Of a stretch of DNA of 53,643 bases, positions 46,739 to 53,643 are shown piece by piece (the first letter of the stretch is position 1; every line of letters starts with the position of its first letter). The position numbers and the translations under genes are program-made. The stretch is from a virus. Taxonomy: Duplodnaviria > Caudoviricetes. A model generated the notes under the pieces. The model did no database searches. It worked only from the letters and a program-made list of their open reading frames with translations, and was not told the origin of the DNA. Location: positions 1-53,643 of IMG/VR virus record IMGVR_UViG_3300008267_000515. One strand, written 5' to 3'.

Positions 46739-49178
46739 GGCCAGTCTCCGTCATTCGAGATTTAGTAAGGTCCATAATCGCCTTGGCTTCATCCAAGTTC
46801 TGTCGTGCATCGGCCTGATCGGTCATTGCCGCAATTCGGCTGGACTCCAACGCCGAAGTGTTCTGAGCTTTCTGGGCATCCAACGACAATCTCGCGGCTG
46901 CGAGTTGTGCATCAGTCTGATCCTTCTGCCCCTTGCGCTGCTGTTCTGCTGCCTTAATCTGCAGCTCTTGCATCTGCATCTGCATGATCGGGTCTTGGGC
47001 TTGTTGCTGCGCTTGTTGCTGCGCGGCTGCCGCTTGTTTCTGCTGGGTGTTCTGCTGTGCAGCCTCGGCAATCATACTAGCCAACTTAACTTCCAGTTCT
47101 TCTGGCAGCTCGGCGTTTGGCGCTGGCAGCGGTGCGCCCAGTGCATTTTCTATCTGCTGTCGGTACGAGAACGCGATGTGCTCCGCGATGTGAGCGGTCA
47201 AACCCCCCATCATTTGCTGCGCTGCTGGGTTCTGGCCCATAAACGCCGCAATCTGCGGGTCTTGCATAAATGACTGGTGCGTAGCGATGTGGGCATCATG
47301 GTCTTGAGTGATAAATGCTTTGATCGGCTTGTTCACCAGCACGTTCATATTCTCGCTAACGGGGTCCGTCGGCCTCATATCGTCACTCGTCGGTATGAGT
47401 TTGTCCGCGTTTTTAACCCCCAACACCTCGATCATCTGCTTGTGCAGCTGGGGTAAGTCGTAAATTTGTGGGGCGGTTTGCGACATCTGGAGCACCGCTT
47501 GGTACTGCACCACTCGCTGTGCCATTGTGCTGCTGTTAGGGTCGCTTACTGGGATGACGTCGACCACTGCATAATCCGACTGTTTGGCAGGAGACTGCGC
47601 TCTGTCGGGGGTATATGTGTATTCAGCGGGGGCGTACTCGGCAATTATCGCTTTAAGGAGCTTAAACTCCTGCTTCATCGCGTAGTGAACCCGCGATTGG
47701 ACTGCTGCCATGGGCTTTAGCGTGCGTTCTAGCAGGGCAAGTGTGGTCCCTACTGGCGCGTTCGCGCTCATATCACTGATGTTCATGTCCGAGATTGCTC
47801 CCAAACGACGCCCTTCTTCAGTGATTTGGTTCAAGAGCGCCAGTAGGGTTTGGCTCGGCTCTTGGTACGGCAGCGTCATGATATTGTCGCGGATAGACCC
47901 GCTTGGGACGTCTACATCACGAAATTCACCCGGAGAAATGGGCGTATCGTCGCCTTTTATGCGCAAACCGCGGGTTTTTAGCCCACCCGGCAGGTTTGAC
48001 AGGGTGCCAGCGTCAACAAGTTGACGAATTATCGAGGTTCCAGCCTTTGCGTAGCCCCCAATGATGTGAATCAGCCCCAAACCGTAGAATCCGAAGCCCG
48101 GGACGTACACGTAGTGCACGAAATGCTGACGTTTTAGCATCAATTCGTCGTCTGGGTTCCAGTTTCGGCGGATCGCCAGCACTGTATTGTCCCCGCGCTC
48201 GATAGTGACAACGTACGGCTTGGCTATTTGTATGTCGTCGTCGTCTTCAGCGTCAACTCCTTCGATAATAAGCTCGGCGTGTATCTCATAAATGCTATAT
48301 CGGTCGTCGTCAGTAAGAGAATATCCGCCTTCCTCGGCCTTTTTCTCCTCGATATCGGTGCGGTACGGCACTGGATCGCCCAGTGAGACATCTACGTAAA
48401 ACCCGGAGGCTTGAAGTTTAGCCATCTCGTTCTTGGTTTTACGCATCACGTGCGTTACTCGTTCAGCGCTCTCTATGTTCGAGGCGCCATACGGCACAAT
48501 GACGTCTTCAGGCGGTATAAAAATCGCAACCTGCCTGCCGATGTTCGGGTCAAAATACACTTTCTTAAACGCAGAACCTGCTAGCCCAAGGGTGTACAGC
48601 ATCCGCTCGTGCTCGGGGCGGTACTCGCTCATTACCTCGGTTATCTCGTAGTTCATGTCCGCTTGAACACGCGCGGCGGCGTCTTCTTTTTCTCGGGTAA
48701 TTTCCCCGATAATCTTAGTTCTAACCGGGCCCGCTGCGGGGAACGTCTCAGACATCGCCTCGGCTTGAAAACGAATTACCGCTTCGGCCAGCACAGTAGA
48801 GTACACGCCACAGGCGCCTTCCCACGGATCGGTGCGCTCCTCGTACTTGAACCCCAGCACGGCAAGACCTTTGACAAACGTATCCGCCCAGTCCTTGCGA
48901 CTGTTTATATCAGACTGCACTGACCCAACCAGATCGTTGGCAAGTGTTAACAGCACGCCGTCATCAATGTATTCGGCCAAGTTGGCGTCAAACGGAGCGG
49001 AGTCGATGTCTGTGTCAACGTCTTCGGAATCTTCAGGGGACAGGGTAATTTCCGCGCTGCCGTCGTCCAGCATCACGATCTCAGCTTCCGCTGGTCCCAT
49101 GTCCATCTCAATCTCGACACCAAACTCATCAGTCGGTATACCCTGCGGCATCTCATACAAACTGCGTTCAATTGCCAT
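46731..49178 (-). CDS. portal protein (P22-like)
   Basis: PWEGAC…FQAEA…GSAFKKVY…FYGLGL…PVGTTLAL; Gln-rich C-terminal helical extension; follows TerL. Confidence 0.88.
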   Translation of the reverse strand: MAIERSLYEMPQGIPTDEFGVEIEMDMGPAEAEIVMLDDGSAEITLSPEDSEDVDTDIDSAPFDANLAEYIDDGVLLTLANDLVGSVQSDINSRKDWADTFVKGLAVLGFKYEERTDPWEGACGVYSTVLAEAVIRFQAEAMSETFPAAGPVRTKIIGEITREKEDAAARVQADMNYEITEVMSEYRPEHERMLYTLGLAGSAFKKVYFDPNIGRQVAIFIPPEDVIVPYGASNIESAERVTHVMRKTKNEMAKLQASGFYVDVSLGDPVPYRTDIEEKKAEEGGYSLTDDDRYSIYEIHAELIIEGVDAEDDDDIQIAKPYVVTIERGDNTVLAIRRNWNPDDELMLKRQHFVHYVYVPGFGFYGLGLIHIIGGYAKAGTSIIRQLVDAGTLSNLPGGLKTRGLRIKGDDTPISPGEFRDVDVPSGSIRDNIMTLPYQEPSQTLLALLNQITEEGRRLGAISDMNISDMSANAPVGTTLALLERTLKPMAAVQSRVHYAMKQEFKLLKAIIAEYAPAEYTYTPDRAQSPAKQSDYAVVDVIPVSDPNSSTMAQRVVQYQAVLQMSQTAPQIYDLPQLHKQMIEVLGVKNADKLIPTSDDMRPTDPVSENMNVLVNKPIKAFITQDHDAHIATHQSFMQDPQIAAFMGQNPAAQQMMGGLTAHIAEHIAFSYRQQIENALGAPLPAPNAELPEELEVKLASMIAEAAQQNTQQKQAAAAQQQAQQQAQDPIMQMQMQELQIKAAEQQRKGQKDQTDAQLAAARLSLDAQKAQNTSALESSRIAAMTDQADARQNLDEAKAIMDLTKSRMTETGRG

Positions 49179-49189
49179 TTTCTTGGCCC

Positions 49190-50782
49190 TCAATAATATG
49201 CGTTTCGGCTCCGAAACATTCTCGGCTCATCTTTCTGATCTGTGGCCAGCTGGGCGAACCCACCCTGCCTGAATCGGGTCAACGCCATGATAGTGGTATC
49301 CACGCAGTCGTCGTGGTCACCATACGGGAACTCGGCAAGTTCTTCAACCAACTGCTCGGCCCAACGCGTATGCGGGACCCACACGAGCCCCTCTCGTATC
49401 ATGTCTATTATAGAGTTAAGTCGCGCGTACTTGTTGTTGGGGTTGTTAATACTCCCGCGGTGGGGGGTAAACTCCGTCGCCAGCACGCCCATTCTTCGGA
49501 GCTCTTGGTACAGCGCGGTGCCGCTGGACTTCTTTTCCACCAGCGCACTGTCCGGCTGCCAGTAATTATACTCGTCTAACACCTTTTGTTTAAGCTCTGG
49601 GAACTCCAGTCTCTCACGCACCGAGTTGAGCAGGATGATGTTGTTCAGTGAGGTGGCGTCATTCCAGAAAATACCCCACGTAGTGATAGAGGTGAAGTCC
49701 GCACGGTTGTTGAGCTCGGCCGCCGCGTCGATGGCCTGTATTATATAGTCGCAGTCGGGCGGCTCGTCCTCCTCCCATTTCTGCCACCACTCCCGCTTGC
49801 ATATTGAACTTGTGTCCCCGGTGGGGTTCTGCTGGTACTGGGCATTCCACTGGTAGGCAGGCATTGTCGAGCGGGTGCGGCGCAGGGCTTCAAGGTCAAA
49901 GAACTCAGGCCACAGCGCCTTCTCGTTGTCGGTGTCCTCGTTGAGGATCGCAGGGAACTCAACCACGTGGTACTGGTCGACGTCCTCGCTCTTGGACATG
50001 TCATTGATGAGTTTCCCGATCAGGTCACTCTTGTGCCAGCGTGTGGCTACAATTACTACGCGCCCACCGGGCATCAACCGCGTCCGCGCGCCAATCAAGA
50101 ACCACTGATACGCAATGTCCAGAGCGTCAAAGTTGCCCGCCAACATGTCCTGTTCCGAGTGGGGGTCGTCCACTATCAGCAGATCAGCACCCCGTCCGGC
50201 CAGTGAGGAGCCCACACCTGTGGCGTAAAACACCCCCCCTTTATTAGTATTCCATCGGCCCGCGCTCTTTGAGTCCACCGCCAAGTGGACCCCGGGGAAG
50301 ATGCTCTGGTACTGCTCGGTGTCAAACAAGTTACGCACCTTACGACCAAAGTCGACGGCCAAGTCTGCAGTGTGTGACACCAACATCACCTGCTTGTTCG
50401 GGTTCCTTCCCAAAAACCACGCGGCAAAGAATATAGACGTCATCTGGCTCTTGCCGTGGCGCGGGGCGATAGACACAGTCACCCGGTCTTTCTCCCCTCT
50501 TTCGCAGTCCATCAACAGATCAGCCAAGTGCCGGTGGTGGGTGCCCACCTTGTACCCTTCCTGCATGGCTTTGCAGAACTCAATCAAATCTTCTCGGCAA
50601 CGCTGGGAGAACTCTCGCTCCTCCAGCACCTGCGTTATCTGCAACAACTCCTGCGCCTCATCCGGGCTCAAGCTATCGATGTTATCCAGCAGAAAATCCA
50701 GCTCGTCTTGGCTGAACTCCACCGGTTCTCGGGCCACAATAAGCCCGTTGACGCTCGTAGGCTTACTTGACGTAGTTTTCAA
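49190..50782 (-). CDS. terL: terminase large subunit
   Basis: Walker A APRHGKS; Walker B LIVDDPH; TRWH; YQQNP; RNase H-type HDDCVD. Confidence 0.95.
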   Translation of the reverse strand: MKTTSSKPTSVNGLIVAREPVEFSQDELDFLLDNIDSLSPDEAQELLQITQVLEEREFSQRCREDLIEFCKAMQEGYKVGTHHRHLADLLMDCERGEKDRVTVSIAPRHGKSQMTSIFFAAWFLGRNPNKQVMLVSHTADLAVDFGRKVRNLFDTEQYQSIFPGVHLAVDSKSAGRWNTNKGGVFYATGVGSSLAGRGADLLIVDDPHSEQDMLAGNFDALDIAYQWFLIGARTRLMPGGRVVIVATRWHKSDLIGKLINDMSKSEDVDQYHVVEFPAILNEDTDNEKALWPEFFDLEALRRTRSTMPAYQWNAQYQQNPTGDTSSICKREWWQKWEEDEPPDCDYIIQAIDAAAELNNRADFTSITTWGIFWNDATSLNNIILLNSVRERLEFPELKQKVLDEYNYWQPDSALVEKKSSGTALYQELRRMGVLATEFTPHRGSINNPNNKYARLNSIIDMIREGLVWVPHTRWAEQLVEELAEFPYGDHDDCVDTTIMALTRFRQGGFAQLATDQKDEPRMFRSRNAYY

Positions 50783-51413
50783 TCCCCAACTCCTCCATGG
50801 CGTTGTACGCGTGGAGCTCTTCTGACTCTATCTGCGGCACGTCGTTAAATTCCACAGCCTCGTAGATGCCGTCTTTATTAGGCACAAGTGTCAGGGTGCT
50901 TTCACGCAGCCTTTGAAGTTTCTCTTTGAGCTTGCTCTTGAGGTCGTCGGTGCTCTGGTGGGTTATGAGCACCTCGCTTCGTTCCGTAAACAACGCAACG
51001 TCTGACATCTTACCCAGCATCTCAACCGCCTTCATGCGAATGCGGGCGTCGGGGTTCTCCGACTCTATAATGAGCTTATTAACAACGAGGTTTCGGATTG
51101 CCTTTGAGCTCTCTGCGATCTCATGGCCGAACTCGTCAAGGATTGTCTTAACCAGCGCAATGGTAGCAGGGGCCAGTGAAGAGGCACGTCTGTGGGTAGT
51201 GGCTTTGGAGGTTTTTATAGGGTCTTTGGCAAAGGATTCTGCCAAGTCGTTGGCCGCTGCGACATCTTCCTCGCTCACGTCAAACTCATACCCGACCTCA
51301 GATAGCAGGTCTAGGGTCGCAGCAGCTGAGCTGATGCGTTCGCGCAGATCAATGTTCTGCGCCTCGTCCGTCATTGGAACCGCACGGTCTGCGTTCAAGA
51401 TCATCACCGTCAT
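50763..51413 (-). CDS. putative terminase small subunit
   Basis: Directly upstream of TerL; RMKAVEMLGK…LF pattern; start uncertain (ATG 51413). Confidence 0.6.
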   Translation of the reverse strand: MTVMILNADRAVPMTDEAQNIDLRERISSAAATLDLLSEVGYEFDVSEEDVAAANDLAESFAKDPIKTSKATTHRRASSLAPATIALVKTILDEFGHEIAESSKAIRNLVVNKLIIESENPDARIRMKAVEMLGKMSDVALFTERSEVLITHQSTDDLKSKLKEKLQRLRESTLTLVPNKDGIYEAVEFNDVPQIESEELHAYNAMEELGIENYVK

Positions 51414-51762
51414 GTTTGCAAGCCTACTATGGCTGATGCGCAAGTGTGCGCTGTATACCCCCCGGCTGTCAACGCTTGGGTCCCCTTGACGGGGGGTGTT
51501 CCTATAAACAGGGGGGTGGGGTCTACGGCGGCCGATTCGTATAAAGAAGGGGTGGGGGGTCACGTATCTTTCTTTATGTGGGGCGTTTTGAAATTTTGGC
51601 GAAATTTTTAACGGGATTTTGAAAATTATAAAAAGTGGAATTTGTTTGAGCGGTTTAGTTTGATATAGACGTGGCCTACTGCTCGGCTCAAAACGGGGGG
51701 TACGGGGTATGTGGGTCAGTGAGCGGCGCTGATTTCGCCCGTTCAGGCGAAAAACCCATATA

Positions 51763-51775
51763 AATCAATGACTTA
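51763..51775 (+). promoter_or_regulatory. IHF binding consensus
   Basis: AATCAATGACTTA is an exact match to WATCAANNNNTTR, with an upstream A-tract. Confidence 0.55.
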
Positions 51776-51777
51776 CA

Positions 51778-51797
51778 ATTACTAGAATCCTAGTAAT
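51778..51797. promoter_or_regulatory. palindromic operator-like site, copy 1
   Basis: ATTACTAGAATCCTAGTAAT; the core is the reverse complement of copies 2 and 3. Confidence 0.65.
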
Positions 51798-51808
51798 CAT
51801 AATATTGA

Positions 51809-51836
51809 TTGACACAGTGTGAAAAAGGAGTATACT
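51809..51836 (+). promoter_or_regulatory. early sigma70 promoter TTGACA-16-TATACT
   Basis: Near consensus; shares TATACTGTACAC with the 53348 promoter. Confidence 0.7.
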
Positions 51837-51884
51837 GTACACAGATCGGCGACATTCGTTGCCGACAAAAAGGAGCTACAAAAA

Positions 51885-52460
51885 ATGACTACTTCAAATG
51901 TTCAGGCCTTCGTCATCACCAAAGCTATGGCAACAATGATTCGCGAGGGTGCAGCCGCTTCCGCTTCCGCGACAGAAATCAAGAAAAAAGCAGCGGCAGA
52001 TATTGCCCGTTTGGGCGGCCGCGGCGCGATGTTCTCACTGGCTGGCGTAAAGTCTGGTCAGATCAGCAAAGAAACTTGGGTAAGTCTACAGGCTACTGTC
52101 GCGGCCGGATTGTTCGCGAATAAAAAAGATTCGTTTGCTCTCTGGGCGACGGATTCAAAACTAGCCAACAAAGAAGGAAAACAGCAGGAGCGCAACAAGC
52201 TTGTCGGCCTTGTCGGAACGTATGTCCGCGACTTCGGCAAAATGATCGAAACCGCTTTCCGCGAACACTTCCCCGAAGCGGCCGCGCTGGAAGCCGAAGC
52301 CGACGAAGCCGACGAAGCCGAAGCCGCGCCAGTCACTGGCGCCGATCTGCGCAAAAGATTGCTTGATCTGATCGCCGATGTCGCTGCTTCTGAGGTGAAA
52401 GATCGCGAGCACATTCTGGCAAGTCTCAATCAGGCGGAAGGACGTATGTCCGCTTGGTGA
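51885..52460 (+). CDS. early hypothetical protein
   Basis: AAGGAG RBS; ATG 51885; has its own promoter and terminator; Ala-rich with an EAD micro-repeat. Confidence 0.75.
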   Translation: MTTSNVQAFVITKAMATMIREGAAASASATEIKKKAAADIARLGGRGAMFSLAGVKSGQISKETWVSLQATVAAGLFANKKDSFALWATDSKLANKEGKQQERNKLVGLVGTYVRDFGKMIETAFREHFPEAAALEAEADEADEAEAAPVTGADLRKRLLDLIADVAASEVKDREHILASLNQAEGRMSAW

Positions 52461-52492
52461 TCTACCCGCGCAGGGATGCGCTGCTACACCTT

Positions 52493-52516
52493 GCCGCCTT
52501 CGGGCGGCTTTTTTTT
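52493..52516 (+). terminator. rho-independent terminator
   Basis: GCCGCC-TTCG-GGCGGC followed by T8. Confidence 0.9.
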
Positions 52517-52580
52517 GTCCGCGATTTGTGGACTTTTGAAAACAGTAGTTGAAGTTAGTAGTAGATTGAGAACAGTAGTA

Positions 52581-52629
52581 GCAGTGAGCAGTGAGCAGTG
52601 AGCAGTGAGCAGTGAGCAGTGAGCAGTGA
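52581..52629. repeat. 7-bp tandem repeat (GCAGTGA)x7
   Basis: Seven perfect copies plus a partial GCAG. Confidence 0.95.
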
Positions 52630-52635
52630 GCAGCG

Positions 52636-52655
52636 TTTACTAGGATTCTAGTAAA
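52636..52655. promoter_or_regulatory. palindromic operator-like site, copy 2
   Basis: TTTACTAGGATTCTAGTAAA. Confidence 0.65.
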
Positions 52656-52707
52656 AAGTGGTTGACTTGCTGAAGGTCGCGCCGTTGCTGGGTTGTGGGT
52701 GAAGTAT

Positions 52708-52834
52708 AGAAGTGGGCCACCTCGTTTTTCCAAAAGACTCGGATAACAAGTTATACCATCCACAAATACTAGAGGTATGGAAGTAGAGAAGTAGGCCACC
52801 TCGTTTTTCTAAAAGACTCGGATAACAAGTTATA
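52708..52834. repeat. 48-bp direct repeat (52708-52755, 52787-52834)
   Basis: AGAAGT(G/A)GGCCACCTCGTTTTTC(C/T)AAAAGACTCGGATAACAAGTTATA; 2 mismatches. Confidence 0.9.
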
Positions 52835-52882
52835 GTTCATGAAAAGGGAAAAGGTACGGAAGTGGACATTTGTAGAAACGCG

Positions 52883-53099
52883 AAATCGAGCTGGAGGCCG
52901 CGAACGGCGCGGCAGGTATAGAAGTAGGCGTTTGCTCGACCTTGTTCAGGTTTGACCGACCAAAGCGCGGCGATTTCGGTTCGGGAGCACGGGCGAGGTG
53001 GGAAAAAAGCTATTAAATTCTATGAGGTCAAATAAGAGTTACTTTAGAAAACACCTACTTCTATACCTCCCGCGTCTTTCGGGGCTTCCAGCTCGATTT
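52883..53099. repeat. 51-bp inverted repeat (52883-52933 / 53049-53099) in the putative origin
   Basis: 45 of 51 positions match by manual alignment. Confidence 0.88.
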
Positions 53100-53347
53100 T
53101 GCCTTTTTTCGACCTCCCACTTCTCGACCTCCCGCGTCTTTCGGGCCTCGTATGTATTACACCGCCCGTTCTAGACAATAAATTCCCCACTTCTGCTCAA
53201 AGTTTAACCAAACCCGCCATTCTCCACTTTTACACTCTCTGTAACTTGTTATTGTTGTTTATTCAGAAAACGTGGTAGTCTACTTCCACACCTCGGCTAC
53301 CTCCCGCGCCGTTCGTGGCTTACAGACTTTCAACCCGTGCCTCCTAC

Positions 53348-53376
53348 TTGACAAACACGCTATAACGTGTTATACT
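53348..53376 (+). promoter_or_regulatory. early sigma70 promoter TTGACA-17-TATACT
   Basis: Near-perfect consensus; the spacer contains the inverted repeat AACACG-N6-CGTGTT. Confidence 0.78.
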
Positions 53377-53420
53377 GTACACTAAGAAATGGAGATTTAC
53401 TTGAAGGAAACCAACCCCCG

Positions 53421-53442
53421 ATTTACTAGGATTCTAGTAAAT
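53421..53442. promoter_or_regulatory. palindromic operator-like site, copy 3
   Basis: ATTTACTAGGATTCTAGTAAAT, between the promoter and the RBS. Confidence 0.65.
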
Positions 53443-53467
53443 CCAACCACCAACCGGAGCAACACCT

Positions 53468-53643
53468 ATGCGAACGATAACCCTGCACATCACGCCCACC
53501 GAAGTAGAACAGATGACCGCTGTCATGCACGACGACATCGAGAAAGCCAAGATCGCAGCCACTGCCGCACAAGACGGGCGTACATATAGAATGCTGCTCA
53601 AAACCAGTGTTCAAACCCAAGTGCGCGTAGCTATCGGTCACCT
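53468..53643 (+). CDS. early hypothetical protein (5' part; runs off the window)
   Basis: GGAG RBS; ATG 53468 (MRTITLHITP…); open to the end of the window. Confidence 0.6.
   Translation, partial: MRTITLHITPTEVEQMTAVMHDDIEKAKIAATAAQDGRTYRMLLKTSVQTQVRVAIGH

Noticed and set aside
52161-52799. 212-aa minus-strand ORF with LLTAHCS repeats
   Set aside because: It is a translation of the heptamer array, crosses a terminator and overlaps a better-supported + strand gene.
52581-52834. CRISPR array
   Set aside because: The heptamer array has no spacers. The 48-bp repeat has only two copies and is part of a larger symmetric motif set. The Cas4-like gene lies in the replication module, with no other cas genes.
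1-53643. tRNA genes, stop-codon recoding and terminal redundancy
   Set aside because: I saw no cloverleaf with a T-loop consensus by eye. Genes are full length in the standard code using all three stops, and the two breaks are frameshifts rather than in-frame stops. The window ends do not overlap.

Overview
The window looks like most of the genome of a tailed dsDNA bacteriophage (Caudoviricetes) in the standard genetic code. It is probably podovirus-like: there is a P22-gp10-like tail protein and large internal/ejection proteins, and I found no tape measure or sheath gene. Sigma70-type promoters and an exact IHF box suggest a proteobacterial host (inference). There are two converging arms. 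The + arm (1-12.3 kb, resuming at 51.9 kb) carries early and replication genes: dUTPase, an HTH/sigma-region-4 fusion, family A DNA polymerase, a Cas4-like nuclease, HNH, SNF2 helicase, SSB and primase-helicase. The - arm (51.4 to 12.4 kb) carries terminase, portal, GroES, scaffold, a Mu-gpT-like capsid, small basic proteins, tail genes, lysis genes and ejection proteins. The most notable points are: (1) a tail-region module in which a duplicated pair of RCC1 beta-propeller genes brackets a sulfotransferase-TPR-glycosyltransferase fusion, with an APS-kinase-like gene two genes downstream, a candidate virion sulfo-glycosylation system; (2) a pseudoknotted leader RNA, probably Mu-gpT-DE-like, separated from the capsid gene by a GIY-YIG endonuclease whose 3' end supplies a promoter; (3) a symmetric repeat-built non-coding region, a putative origin, with three palindromic operator-like sites nearby; (4) two frameshifted virion genes; (5) a HiPIP-like Cys protein; (6) a recurring Phi-A-x-G-G motif in putative internal proteins. 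I recognised no integrase, tRNA, CRISPR array or reverse transcriptase. All product calls come from visual motif recognition, not database searches.
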